Source: a virus
IMG/VR virus record: IMGVR_UViG_3300045988_017301
Direction: 5' to 3' (one strand)
DNA: 50,202 nucleotides
Below are positions 18,983-28,099 of this stretch, in pieces. The notes under the pieces are model-generated. The model saw only the letters and a program-made list of their open reading frames with translations, ran no database searches and was not told the origin of the DNA. Numbering within the stretch: position 1 is the first letter of the stretch; the number at the start of each line of letters is the position of its first letter. Both the position numbers and the translations under genes were made by a program.

Positions 18983-20863
18983 TTATACCCATGACCCTTC
19001 GTTCTGACTGATCCAGTGTTCTTCCGGGGTGTACTGGGTTGTTTCCTGTTTCTTTGGTTGCTCATTTTCCTGTATCTCATTCAGATGCAGGGTTCGTACT
19101 CCGAGGATGTCTGCCGCTGCTGTTGCGTATACCTCGCAGTCCAAGTAGTGGTTGTCTGCGTGGGAGGTTTTCTGCTGCCATTCCTGTTTGACCTTGCCGT
19201 TTCCCATTTTGACATTCACTTTATGTTCCGCAGTTACCTGCTCTGCGTACTCTCTGTCACATCCCTGGTAAACCATCCATGATCCGCTGCCGTTCTTTTT
19301 CTGCATTCGTCCGGCGATCATGTCCTTATATTTTCCGGTGTCTACCAATACCAGATTCATGCCGTATGCCTTGCTGTCGCTCTTATTTACCTTGGACAGT
19401 TTGTAGTGCGACAGCATCGGGTTTGATGAACCCTTGCTTGGCAGTGCCCATTCTGAATTGTTGGCGCAGAAATCGTACACCGTATCTGCGTCATTACCGG
19501 AGTCGATCAGTGCCAGTGCTACGACCAGTGGTGTGCTGTCCGGCATCTGGTATTCGAGGTTCATGATTCTCTCGACTTCCTGGAATGAGAAAGCCTGTCC
19601 ATGTGCTATGTTCTGGCTTGTGAGGTAGTTGCCCCACGCTCTGATGCTCCAGTACAGGCAGTTCTCCTGTACATCGACTCCTGCCGTGAGCAGTTTCGCC
19701 CACTCCGGCACTACCAGTTCCTCGTACTCGGTCTGTCTTTCCATGACGAGGTCTGCGTTGGTCTTTAGCTTGGTATCCTCCCACGGCTCTGCAAGCCATG
19801 AGTTGACGAAGTTCTGCAGCTTCTCCGGGTCGTCCTTACTGTCCAGAAATTCTTTTACAATCTCCGAAAAGCGAACAAATGGAGAGTACAAAGTGTTCAT
19901 CCAGAATGCTACCTTGCGGACGAACTTGGTGTTTTCCTTGACCGTCCGCCACTCTCCCTTGCGGAGCATCTCCGGCTTGTCCTGGTCTGTGATTACGCAT
20001 CCGCACTCCTGGCATACATAAGTTGCGAATTCTGCACGGTCTGCGTAACTCATCCCTTCCTCTTTGGGGAAGTGTATCTGCTTCCACTTGAGTTCGATGT
20101 ATTCCCCGCAGTGCGGACATGGAACGAAGTAGTGCTTCTCTATGTCTGCATCTTCCTTGGCTTTCCAGATATGCCCTGTTTTCAGTGTCGGTGTGCTTGT
20201 GATGAATATCTTCCTGTTGTGGAACGTCTTGGTTCGTTCCCTTGCCAGACTGACTGGGTCAGCTTCCTTTTTGGATGCCCCTGGATATTTATCCACCTCA
20301 TCGAGAAACAGGAATCGGATCGCCTTACTCGCAAGGCTTGATGGGGAGTTCGACCCTGCCAGTGTCAGATACATTCCATCAAACTGTAATTCCTGCAACT
20401 GCGAGTTCTCATCAAACCTCTTTCGGAGTTCCGGTGCCGCTTTGAACATCGGCTGCAGTCTGTTCTCCGATATGGATTTTGCGAGCGTATCTGTCGGATA
20501 TACGATCATGGTCGGCGCAGGGTCCTGTTGGACGATGTAACCTACCATGTTCTGGAGGCACTCTGTTCCACCTACCTGCGTAGGCTTCACGTAGACGATT
20601 TCCTCTGTCTCATAATTGTTGAACTCATCCATGATGCCTTTAAGGTATGGGGTGTGTTCTGTCCGCCATGGTCCCGGCATTGCAGAGGTCTTGGCGTCCA
20701 GTACCCTGTACTTGTCTGCCCACTCCGATACCGTGATGTCCTCTGGTGGCTGTAGGAACTTTAAGGCTTCCTTCTGGTATTCTGTGACCTCGTATCTACG
20801 ATACGGATTTCTTGCCACGCTTTTTCTTTTCCATTTCTTCCGGTGTGCAGCCTGCCACCACAA
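18983..20863 (-). CDS. terL: Terminase large subunit, GpA-type. Start uncertain: TTG 20863 or GTG 20818.
   Basis: 626 aa. ..VKPTQVGGTECLQN.. is Walker-A-like, with a GpA-like N-terminus ..TVSEWADKYRVL....PGPWRTEHTPY. Confidence 0.9.
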   Translation of the reverse strand: MWWQAAHRKKWKRKSVARNPYRRYEVTEYQKEALKFLQPPEDITVSEWADKYRVLDAKTSAMPGPWRTEHTPYLKGIMDEFNNYETEEIVYVKPTQVGGTECLQNMVGYIVQQDPAPTMIVYPTDTLAKSISENRLQPMFKAAPELRKRFDENSQLQELQFDGMYLTLAGSNSPSSLASKAIRFLFLDEVDKYPGASKKEADPVSLARERTKTFHNRKIFITSTPTLKTGHIWKAKEDADIEKHYFVPCPHCGEYIELKWKQIHFPKEEGMSYADRAEFATYVCQECGCVITDQDKPEMLRKGEWRTVKENTKFVRKVAFWMNTLYSPFVRFSEIVKEFLDSKDDPEKLQNFVNSWLAEPWEDTKLKTNADLVMERQTEYEELVVPEWAKLLTAGVDVQENCLYWSIRAWGNYLTSQNIAHGQAFSFQEVERIMNLEYQMPDSTPLVVALALIDSGNDADTVYDFCANNSEWALPSKGSSNPMLSHYKLSKVNKSDSKAYGMNLVLVDTGKYKDMIAGRMQKKNGSGSWMVYQGCDREYAEQVTAEHKVNVKMGNGKVKQEWQQKTSHADNHYLDCEVYATAAADILGVRTLHLNEIQENEQPKKQETTQYTPEEHWISQNEGSWV

Positions 20864-21353
20864 AGCTGTTTAATAACCGGATGATTTCTGCGTTCAGATC
20901 CTTTTCTATCGAGCGAATCTCCATCGGGTCGCAGTGACCGCTGATTCTGCCGGATAGTCGGCTCGGCAGGGATAATGCAAACTTTTTGAATGAAACAAAA
21001 AATCGGCTATAGTCCATCTTCACTTCCTCGATGTCGATGTACTTACCCGATGCGATCTCTGTCTTTAATCTATGCATTTCTCCCTGGGACTCCTTGAGGG
21101 CGATCTCTGCCTGCAGTTTCTGTTCCCTCAGTTCGGCTTCCTTTTCGGACTTGCTTTTTCCGTATGCCTTGTCTGAAAGGTATTTGACATACCTCTGAAT
21201 GGTAGGTGCTAATTCATACCGATTCCCCTCTTTGGTCTTGGTTGTTGATATGATGCCCTCTTGAGTAAGCTGCTGCACCCTTCGCACCGTTACTCCGAAC
21301 AGAGAAGCGATGACCTCTACACGGTAGAAGCCGCCCTGCTGTTCCTCTGCCAT
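20796..21353 (-). CDS. terS: Terminase small subunit, Nu1-like with an N-terminal MerR-type HTH
   Basis: IASLFGVTVRRVQQLTQEGI HTH followed by coiled coil. Directly upstream of TerL. Confidence 0.8.
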   Translation of the reverse strand: MAEEQQGGFYRVEVIASLFGVTVRRVQQLTQEGIISTTKTKEGNRYELAPTIQRYVKYLSDKAYGKSKSEKEAELREQKLQAEIALKESQGEMHRLKTEIASGKYIDIEEVKMDYSRFFVSFKKFALSLPSRLSGRISGHCDPMEIRSIEKDLNAEIIRLLNSFVVAGCTPEEMEKKKRGKKSVS

Positions 21354-21354
21354 T

Positions 21355-22719
21355 CTACTTTACATCCTCTGCCGGGATTCGGACTGCCTGCTGCCCGGTG
21401 TAATCTTCCCACCGCTTCACGATCACATCACAGAATCTCTCATCCAGTTCCATGATGAATGCCGTCCTTCCCAGTTGCTCTGCGGCCATGAGGGTGCTGC
21501 CGCTTCCACCGAACAGATCCAGTACATTCCATCCGGATTTACTGGAATTGGTTATGAATTTTCCGACCAGTGCGATTGGCTTCATGGTCGGGTGTATGTC
21601 ATTCCTTGTCGGTTTGTTTTCGTAAATAACAGAGGTCTGATCTCTGTTTTTCCTGCGGAGTTCTTCCAGATATGCCACAAGTTCGTTTTTCTTCATGGCA
21701 CTGAAATCTATATCATCTTCCAGAATGACGGTATCCTGTGTCCTGTCATTGATGAAGTAATGCGCCGCCCCCTCTTTCCATCCATACAGACACGGTTCGT
21801 GTCTCCACTGGTAGTCCTGTCTGCCGAGGACGAATGCGTTCTTTTCCCAGATTAAGCACTGGGCGAGTTTCAGTCCTGCGTCAAGGAATGCCTGTCTGAA
21901 TATGTGCCCGGTACTCTCTGCGTGGAATACATAGATTGCTGCCCCGGCTCTCATAAATTCATAGGCACTCTGGTAGGTTGCCAGTAAGAACGAATAGAAA
22001 CTCTGGTTGTCCATATTATCGTTCTTGATGTGATTGATGTTGCGGTGTCCTTTGGCAGGGAGGTACTCATCGAGCATCTCTGCCTTGTCTCCGTAGTTGA
22101 CATTGTATGGCGGATCAGTGACGACAAGGTCTGCGATTTCTCCATTCATCAGAACCGCCATGTCATCCTGCGATGTACTGTCTCCGCACATGAGCCTGTG
22201 TCTGCCCAGTAGCCACACATCTCCGAGTTTGGTTACTGGTTCGGCTTCCGCCTGCTCCAGTGCTTCGTCCTCATTGAAGTCATCGTCCACTGCTTCCGGC
22301 TCGATAGCGAGTTTGTCCACCAGTTCCGTGAGGTCGTTCTGCTCGAAGCCTGTCAGTGATATGTCGTAATCTCCGAGGTCGAGGTCAAGCAGGAGGTCTT
22401 TCAACTTCACTTCATCCCATTCGCCTGTAATCTTATTCAGTGCGATGTTCAGAGCCTTCTCTCTCTGCTTGTCCAGAGCCACCACGACCACGTCCACTTC
22501 CTGGTATCCGAGGTCTTTGAGGACGGTTGCCCTCTGATGGCCGCCTATGATAGTTCCATCCTCGTTTATGATGATGGGGTCAACGTATCCGAATTCTTCA
22601 ATGCTCCGCCTTATTTTCTGGTATTCCGCATCGTCCGGGGTCAGTGCTTTTCTTGGATTGTATTCTGCTGCCTTTAAGTCAGCCAGTTTCCTGCGTTCAG
22701 TTCTCAGTTTCTGGTCCAT
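21355..22719 (-). CDS. ParB-like nuclease domain fused to an N6A/N4C DNA methyltransferase
   Basis: N-terminal ..YNPRK..IRRSIEEFGYVDPIIIN..IIGGHQR (ParB-N), then VVTDPPYNVNYG (the DPPY motif) and C-terminal ..DLFGGSGST. ATG 22719 has AAGGAGG 7 nt upstream. Confidence 0.85.
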   Translation of the reverse strand: MDQKLRTERRKLADLKAAEYNPRKALTPDDAEYQKIRRSIEEFGYVDPIIINEDGTIIGGHQRATVLKDLGYQEVDVVVVALDKQREKALNIALNKITGEWDEVKLKDLLLDLDLGDYDISLTGFEQNDLTELVDKLAIEPEAVDDDFNEDEALEQAEAEPVTKLGDVWLLGRHRLMCGDSTSQDDMAVLMNGEIADLVVTDPPYNVNYGDKAEMLDEYLPAKGHRNINHIKNDNMDNQSFYSFLLATYQSAYEFMRAGAAIYVFHAESTGHIFRQAFLDAGLKLAQCLIWEKNAFVLGRQDYQWRHEPCLYGWKEGAAHYFINDRTQDTVILEDDIDFSAMKKNELVAYLEELRRKNRDQTSVIYENKPTRNDIHPTMKPIALVGKFITNSSKSGWNVLDLFGGSGSTLMAAEQLGRTAFIMELDERFCDVIVKRWEDYTGQQAVRIPAEDVK

Positions 22720-23330
22720 TTCCAAGCCTCCTTCCCGCTTTGCGTAACGAAATGGTTAAAATTTTTTTTATTTTATCGGCAAAAAAGCCGCGCCTTCCTC
22801 GCCCCGCATTGCATTTTGGGTCTGGGTAGTACCTACGGCGATGCCGTGCCCCGCCTGCACGCAAAAGAGGACACAGCGCAGGCTCTGATGCCTTGTGCCA
22901 TGTCCTCTCTGAGGGGAGCAAGTGGAGTGGTTGGGTGTGACCGTGTGGTCTGTCCCCTTGTGCTCCACGCTACTACTATAGCACACCTCGATGTACTCTT
23001 GTGTACTCTCTTGTGCTTTCTTCTGTGTGCTGTGCTTCTGTGTGGTGCTGTGCACCTGTCCTGTGGTGTGCCCTGTGCCTTGCCTGTCCTGCCTGTGGTG
23101 TGGCCGCGTGGTGCTGTGTCTGTGGTGTGCGGGTGCGTCCTAACCCTGCTCTCCCTACCCCTGTGGGTGTGTGCTACGGTGTGCCCTGTACCCCCTGTGT
23201 CTTGCCTGCCTTATTTTCTTGGGGTAATACCTGCCCTATATATGGGGGTGCTATATGCGGGCCTTGTACACTCCCTATATACGTGCCCTATTTTTTTAGG
23301 CTTGCTATTTACGATCCGTTCTGTACATAC
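22720..23330. other. About 610-bp non-coding region with an A-depleted GT-rich core and CTGTGGTGTG iterons. Candidate cos/packaging or regulatory region.
   Basis: No credible ORF. Plus strand 23021-23200 has 6 A in 180 nt, with an A-free run at 23055-23141. CTGTGGTGTG occurs at 23061, 23093 and 23120. CCCTATATA motifs lie at 23225-23300. Confidence 0.6.
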
Positions 23331-23380
23331 AGTAAAAGCCGGCCCTTGGATTCCGAATGCGGATTTCCAAAAGTCGGCTT
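23331..23380 (-). terminator. Putative intrinsic terminator of the moron gene
   Basis: AAGCCG (23336-41) pairs with CGGCTT (23375-80) and encloses an inner hairpin. It is followed on the minus strand by TTTTACT. Confidence 0.5.
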
Positions 23381-23466
23381 GAATTTTCGATGTTCTGTTT
23401 TTCTTTTTGCGGAATTTTCCCCGGTAAAATTTCCGGCTTGATATTCTGCAATATATTAGCCTTGAA

Positions 23467-24003
23467 TTATTCCACCTTTTCCACATCTCCTGTGTTTTTA
23501 TCCACATTGTATTCTGCGTACTTAGTGCCTGTGAATAAATTCTCCGCATACTGTTCTTCGTCTTTGATGTGCTCGTATATTCTAACATTGAGCGTATCTC
23601 CTACGCAGGTTATGCAGGCTGTGGTATTAAGCGTGAAATTGACGACTGCATGGACTTCATTATCCGCCTTGAAATATTGCTTATAATAATCCGCTGCGTA
23701 TTCCTCTGCTGATTTATCCCCTGTAACTTTTGCCAGTCTCCAATTTCCTGTCTTGTCATTTCTTACTGTGTCAGAGAATATGATGTCTACTCCATCAATT
23801 TCTGCGGGTTCGTCTTTTTCCTCTGTTTTTGGTTCGGTAGTTTCCGAAGCCTGCTCCGTGACCTCAGTATTCTGCTGCTCTGTCTGCTTTGGATTGCTAT
23901 CATCCTTTTTATCATCGCTTGGCGATGCAATTATTCCGATGATGCATAAAACAATGATTGCGATCAGTACAATGCCGACCTTTTTTCGCTTCTTCTCTTT
24001 CAT
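23467..24003 (-). CDS. Membrane-anchored protein of unknown function (moron)
   Basis: ATG 24003 is preceded by AAAAGGAGG. N-terminal MKEKKRKKVGIVLIAIIVLCIIGIIASPSDD is a signal/TM anchor. The gene has its own promoter and terminator. Confidence 0.75.
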   Translation of the reverse strand: MKEKKRKKVGIVLIAIIVLCIIGIIASPSDDKKDDSNPKQTEQQNTEVTEQASETTEPKTEEKDEPAEIDGVDIIFSDTVRNDKTGNWRLAKVTGDKSAEEYAADYYKQYFKADNEVHAVVNFTLNTTACITCVGDTLNVRIYEHIKDEEQYAENLFTGTKYAEYNVDKNTGDVEKVE

Positions 24004-24074
24004 AAGAGACCTCCTTTTGGGGTAGAATTTTGTTTGTGCTAAATTGGCTATAAATAAGCCTTTTTGCAACTACA

Positions 24075-24103
24075 ATTCTACCCCCCCCCTACTCCGAAGT
24101 CAA
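24075..24103 (-). promoter_or_regulatory. Sigma-70-like promoter TTGACT-17-TAGAAT whose spacer contains a G9 homopolymer (C9 at 24081-24089 on the plus strand)
   Basis: Minus strand reads TTGACT tcggagta GGGGGGGGG TAGAAT, about 70 nt upstream of ATG 24003. Confidence 0.6.
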
Positions 24104-24109
24104 GCAATT

Positions 24110-24622
24110 TCAAGGCTTTGAGGGTTCTTGGGAGGAGGCGAATTCCTGTAAAATTGACTGTACTTTTTTGTATGTAAGCAGCTTGTCAATTCCTGCGTTG
24201 TAGTATTTGTTGCAAGGGGTCCTTGTCATGTTTGCTTCCTTGCACACCTGCTTCCAACTCAAACAGTCAATGTGTCTGTATTCCAGTATGCTTCGTTCCG
24301 TGGAGTCCGTTGGTAAAAAATCCATGATCTTCATCACATTCAGCATGGTCTTTGCCATCTCTGCTTTCTGTGATTCGATTCTGTCCTCGATCTCCATTTC
24401 ACGGATGACCTGCGTTGCCGGTCCGTCTCCTACGCTGTTGGTCTGGCTGCGTGGCACTGGGGAGTATTGCATCCCCTTTGTGCCGAGCATATTTTCTCTG
24501 AAAGTACGAAGTCTGGCTTCCAACTGCTTCTTTTTCATCTTGGCATAATAATATTGTCCGAGGTACTGTTTGAGAAGCAGTTTTTGTTCTTCTACCCCAT
24601 TTGCCATGCTGTCTGGTGTCAT
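24110..24622 (-). CDS. Late transcriptional activator, ArpU/RinA-type (sigma region-4-like HTH)
   Basis: 170 aa. C-terminus ..ERSILEYRHIDCLSWKQVCKEANMTRTPCNKYYNAGIDKLL is sigma-70 r4-like. Lies at the end of the early region. Confidence 0.6.
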   Translation of the reverse strand: MTPDSMANGVEEQKLLLKQYLGQYYYAKMKKKQLEARLRTFRENMLGTKGMQYSPVPRSQTNSVGDGPATQVIREMEIEDRIESQKAEMAKTMLNVMKIMDFLPTDSTERSILEYRHIDCLSWKQVCKEANMTRTPCNKYYNAGIDKLLTYKKVQSILQEFASSQEPSKP

Positions 24623-24636
24623 AGTTTTCCTTCTTT

Positions 24637-24879
24637 CTAATCCCTGGGTTTGTCCTCCGCAAGGAAGTATGCTTTTCCGCCGAGTATCCTTACCTGCTTA
24701 AGTACCCGGTCTTTGTTCTCCCAGTCTCGTATCTCTACTCCACGCTCCTGCAGGATATTAATCTGCATTTCAATGGACGAGAGCATTGCCGACACCGGAA
24801 GCTGTCTCATTACCTGCGTTGCGTCCGCCAGACTGGAATTCATCCCGAATGGCTTACGCTTTGGTTTTCCTTTTGCCAT
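24637..24879 (-). CDS. Hypothetical protein
   Basis: 80-aa ORF, tightly packed in the operon. Confidence 0.55.
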   Translation of the reverse strand: MAKGKPKRKPFGMNSSLADATQVMRQLPVSAMLSSIEMQINILQERGVEIRDWENKDRVLKQVRILGGKAYFLAEDKPRD

Positions 24880-25124
24880 TATCGAACCACCTCCCCAAGC
24901 GGCTGTCTTGTAAATATTAATCTACCGTCTCCCGCTTTTATGCCCTTTTTTCTGTTGTCCTCTGATATCAGTATCCCAGTCTCTCTGCGTCTGATACCTA
25001 TCTCTGCTCTGGCTTCATTAAGCCAATATTCTTTCTGCTTCGGTCTTTGTGGCATCATTAGGTAGTTAAGTGCCTCCATGATTGCTAACTGATTTTCGAG
25101 GATCTGTCTCTGTACCTTCTTCAT
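24879..25124 (-). CDS. Hypothetical protein
   Basis: 81-aa ORF whose start and stop overlap its neighbours. Confidence 0.55.
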   Translation of the reverse strand: MKKVQRQILENQLAIMEALNYLMMPQRPKQKEYWLNEARAEIGIRRRETGILISEDNRKKGIKAGDGRLIFTRQPLGEVVR

Positions 25125-25444
25125 TTCTTACCACCTGCCATTTCACGGATTATTGTGCGGACGATATGACCGATTACCTTTGGCTCATCCCAGTCGTCCG
25201 GTCCGCTTAATATGCACCCGCATATCTTGTGCTCCCCGAACTTCTCCACATTGAATGGGCAGCCATCGCATGAGGGGTGTGTATATTCATGATCCGTTCC
25301 CTTGCCTTCGATTACTTCATGCGTGTACTTCCTGCAGATAGTCGCTGCTTCTGTCATAAACTTTGCCCAGTAGAATGCCCACTTTGCATTGATCGCCTTT
25401 TTAAATATCTTACTCTGCCTACTGCTTTTCTTTTTCAGTCTCAT
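25121..25444 (-). CDS. Hypothetical Cys/His-containing protein
   Basis: 107-aa ORF in operon context. Confidence 0.55.
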   Translation of the reverse strand: MRLKKKSSRQSKIFKKAINAKWAFYWAKFMTEAATICRKYTHEVIEGKGTDHEYTHPSCDGCPFNVEKFGEHKICGCILSGPDDWDEPKVIGHIVRTIIREMAGGKK

Positions 25445-25835
25445 CCTCTGCCTCCTTTAATTTCTGCCCACACCATGGACAGTGCGGATATAATTCTCTG
25501 CCTTTTCTGTATGGATTAATAACGGCTGCGCTTTCGCAGTTCGGGCAGACCATCGTTGTATCTCCGAATGCATCAGCTTTCTGCTTGAGCGACTTCGGGA
25601 CGTCTTTCTCGCTGATCACTCTGTAACATTTCAGCTTTCGCCCGATGATGTTGTGGTTAAATTCCACGCCCACTCCGTCATCGTTGCTGTACCATACTCC
25701 GTGCAAGAACGGGATTCCTGCCCATTGCCCAATTTTGTCGCACATCACGATTCCGTATGCTTCCTCATCCGGACACCACACTGGCTGCCCTGCCATCTGC
25801 CGCAGTTCTTCGGCTGTTAATGGTTTTTCTCCCAT
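25419..25835 (-). CDS. Hypothetical protein with a C-terminal zinc ribbon
   Basis: CPNC..(17)..CPWC near the C-terminus. Confidence 0.6.
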   Translation of the reverse strand: MGEKPLTAEELRQMAGQPVWCPDEEAYGIVMCDKIGQWAGIPFLHGVWYSNDDGVGVEFNHNIIGRKLKCYRVISEKDVPKSLKQKADAFGDTTMVCPNCESAAVINPYRKGRELYPHCPWCGQKLKEAEDETEKEKQ

Positions 25836-25837
25836 TG

Positions 25838-26047
25838 CTACGCTCCCTTCTGAAGTTCCATGATCTTCGTTGCCAATGACATAGGTTCATGGTTTTTCTT
25901 TGGATACTGCTGATATGTGGCATTACATACACTGCTTTTCACATATTCTCTGTAGTATTTGTTCGCCAGTTCTACCGGGATATCCTTGTGCTTTCCGGTT
26001 ATCGTCAATTTGCTTTTATCATCGTATTCTATAAAAATCTTCCACAT
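25838..26047 (-). CDS. Hypothetical protein
   Basis: Start moved to MWKIFIEYDD (ATG 26047), downstream of the preceding stop. Confidence 0.5.
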   Translation of the reverse strand: MWKIFIEYDDKSKLTITGKHKDIPVELANKYYREYVKSSVCNATYQQYPKKNHEPMSLATKIMELQKGA

Positions 26048-26054
26048 GGTTTGC

Positions 26055-26225
26055 CTACCTCTTGCTTTCAAAATCTGGACATTCTTCTCCATCATCGTAC
26101 TCCGTATCACATCCGTATGCGTCTGCCATGAAGTTATCGCAGTGCCATCCGCTCAGATGTCCTGTTTCCCATGATGGTCTGTGGTGCAGGCAGTTTCCGC
26201 AGCAACACTTTTCATCATCGTTCAT
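26055..26225 (-). CDS. Small Cys-rich protein (56 aa)
   Basis: MNDDEKCCCGNCLHH.., with an ATGA overlap onto the upstream stop. Confidence 0.5.
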   Translation of the reverse strand: MNDDEKCCCGNCLHHRPSWETGHLSGWHCDNFMADAYGCDTEYDDGEECPDFESKR

Positions 26226-26446
26226 CTTCCGCTCACTCCCTTCTTTAAAGCGCACATGGTGCAGAGTCCTTTTGCTCCCTGCGCCTTGGCTACTTCTGCC
26301 AGTGGCAGTTCCCAACACTGTGCACCGCACTCCGGGCACTTGGTCAGCTTCCAGTCCTTGCGTCCTGTCGGCACATTTACCTTCAGCGGCATACAGTAAT
26401 ATCCGCCACGGTCAGTTGCTTTTCTCGGTTCGATTGCTACTCTCAT
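26222..26446 (-). CDS. Small zinc-ribbon protein
   Basis: CPEC..C..(20)..CTMC pattern. Confidence 0.55.
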   Translation of the reverse strand: MRVAIEPRKATDRGGYYCMPLKVNVPTGRKDWKLTKCPECGAQCWELPLAEVAKAQGAKGLCTMCALKKGVSGR

Positions 26447-26462
26447 TCTGTTTGCTCCCTTG

Positions 26463-26948
26463 CTATTTCTGTGTCAGTTCCGGCAGCAGGATTTCTGCTA
26501 CTTCCTTTTCCGAAGTGACTACCCATGCTCTGCCACCTGCTCTGCGGATCTGTTTTATCGTCTGCTCCTGTATTTTGCTTAGTACCCCAATGAATGGCCG
26601 CTTGACCTCAAATCCGTAATACCTGCCATTGATGATGCAGGTAATGTCCGGGATTCCCTGTCTGGAGTACGGGCCGGCTGCTTCTTTCCATGCGATGGCA
26701 TTTGGTGCGTTATCCTTTATCCAGTCGAGGATTTTCTTCTGGAAGTAGCTTTCCTTTGGCATCTTCTCCCGGATGAATTTGTCGGCTGCTTCCCTGGTGC
26801 TTATACCCTTGTTATGCTCTATGGTGTAGTCCTGCAGTTCCTCGTAGGTTCTGAATGAGGTATAATCCAGTTTTCCGCCACGCATTACATGGCGGATTGC
26901 TTCCTCTGCTGTTGGGTCTGGATACCCTTCTGCGTTCTTTGCTGTCAT
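26463..26948 (-). CDS. VRR-NUC domain nuclease
   Basis: ..GIPDITCIINGRYYGFEVKRPFIGVLSKIQ.. matches the VRR-NUC PD-(D/E)xK core. Confidence 0.8.
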   Translation of the reverse strand: MTAKNAEGYPDPTAEEAIRHVMRGGKLDYTSFRTYEELQDYTIEHNKGISTREAADKFIREKMPKESYFQKKILDWIKDNAPNAIAWKEAAGPYSRQGIPDITCIINGRYYGFEVKRPFIGVLSKIQEQTIKQIRRAGGRAWVVTSEKEVAEILLPELTQK

Positions 26949-26959
26949 CGTCTGCCTCC

Positions 26960-27214
26960 TTAAAATCTGGCGGACACTCTCCCTGTGATGTGGAGTTTTC
27001 CGTTTTTCTCTACTGCATTGAAGTATCGGTGTCCTTTTGCCACCTCTGCCGCCAGTTCGTCTGTGAGTGTGACAATCCTGCGGTAATTGCCGCCCTTGGT
27101 TGTGATGAGTGCTCTTTCTCTATCCCACACTGGCTGATTGTTTTCTCCCATGACGACTTTCTCTACTCCATCTTCCACTGTCAGTTTCGGTACTGCTTCA
27201 ATCTTGATGATCAT
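26960..27214 (-). CDS. Hypothetical protein
   Basis: 84-aa ORF. Confidence 0.55.
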   Translation of the reverse strand: MIIKIEAVPKLTVEDGVEKVVMGENNQPVWDRERALITTKGGNYRRIVTLTDELAAEVAKGHRYFNAVEKNGKLHITGRVSARF

Positions 27215-27398
27215 GTTTCTCCATCTCCTTTTCGATTTCTTCTTTATGTTCCTCGTAAACCCTGCACTCAGTACAGGGTTTCTCCGGCTCTACGCATTTG
27301 TCCGAAAGAATGATACAAAACCACGGCAGACTTCCTTTGCGCTGCTTCTTGGCTCTGGCTCGCTCTCTCATCTGGGACAGCAGTTCCATCATGCTCAT
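27198..27398 (-). CDS. Hypothetical protein
   Basis: 66-aa ORF. Confidence 0.5.
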   Translation of the reverse strand: MSMMELLSQMRERARAKKQRKGSLPWFCIILSDKCVEPEKPCTECRVYEEHKEEIEKEMEKHDHQD

Positions 27399-28099
27399 AC
27401 TGGTGTCGCCTCCTCAAATACCGGGGCGGTTGCCTCCTGCAAGGTCGGCTGATCTGCGTATTCCGCTGATCCATTGTCTGCGTATGCCAGTTTGTTTCCC
27501 TCGTTGGCTTCCATGAAGTGGCTTGCCTGTGTGTCTGCGGAATGCAGTGCCCAGATCATCGGGTACTTGTCGATGGCATTGTTAAATGATAAGGTATCGG
27601 CTTCGGTGTATCCCATGTGCCATCTGATGGCATATCGTTCCACTGGCTGAAGCTTCATGTATTCCTCGATCATCATTACTGACTTTTCTCCGTGTCCGTA
27701 TGGGATTTTGTCATCCACTGCGAATGCTTCGTACTGCTCCCACTTTCCATTGACCTTGCGGTTTCTGATTTCCGTTGTGTAGAAGTAGGTCTTGCAGATG
27801 TCATGGAGCAGTGCCATGATGATCACATTTTCCTCTGTCACTCTGGCTGCCGGAACTCCTGCGACCTCGTATGAGTATGTGCCGTCATCGTTCTTTGTGA
27901 GGTTCGCCCTCAGTGCATCCAGTACATTGAGTGAGTGCTGCAGCAGTCCGCCTGTCACTGAAAGGTGGAATCTGGTACTTGCAGGTGCTGCGTACATATC
28001 ACTCTTTCTGATAAATGCCATCAGCTTGTCCACTCCGTCTCTTGTTACCTTTGTCATCTCTGCTTCAAATCTGTTGATGTTTGCCTGTCTGTTATCCAT
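27395..28099 (-). CDS. HD-domain phosphohydrolase
   Basis: ..LLQHSLNV.. and ..IIMALLHDICK.. match the H...HD metal-binding pattern. Confidence 0.7.
   Translation of the reverse strand: MDNRQANINRFEAEMTKVTRDGVDKLMAFIRKSDMYAAPASTRFHLSVTGGLLQHSLNVLDALRANLTKNDDGTYSYEVAGVPAARVTEENVIIMALLHDICKTYFYTTEIRNRKVNGKWEQYEAFAVDDKIPYGHGEKSVMMIEEYMKLQPVERYAIRWHMGYTEADTLSFNNAIDKYPMIWALHSADTQASHFMEANEGNKLAYADNGSAEYADQPTLQEATAPVFEEATPV

Noticed and set aside
22816-23441. Two overlapping plus-strand ORFs (188 and 146 aa), extremely rich in Cys, Val and Leu
   Set aside because: They are produced by the A-free TG-rich tract, where stop codons are nearly impossible. There is no RBS and the composition is implausible. 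The region is treated as non-coding.
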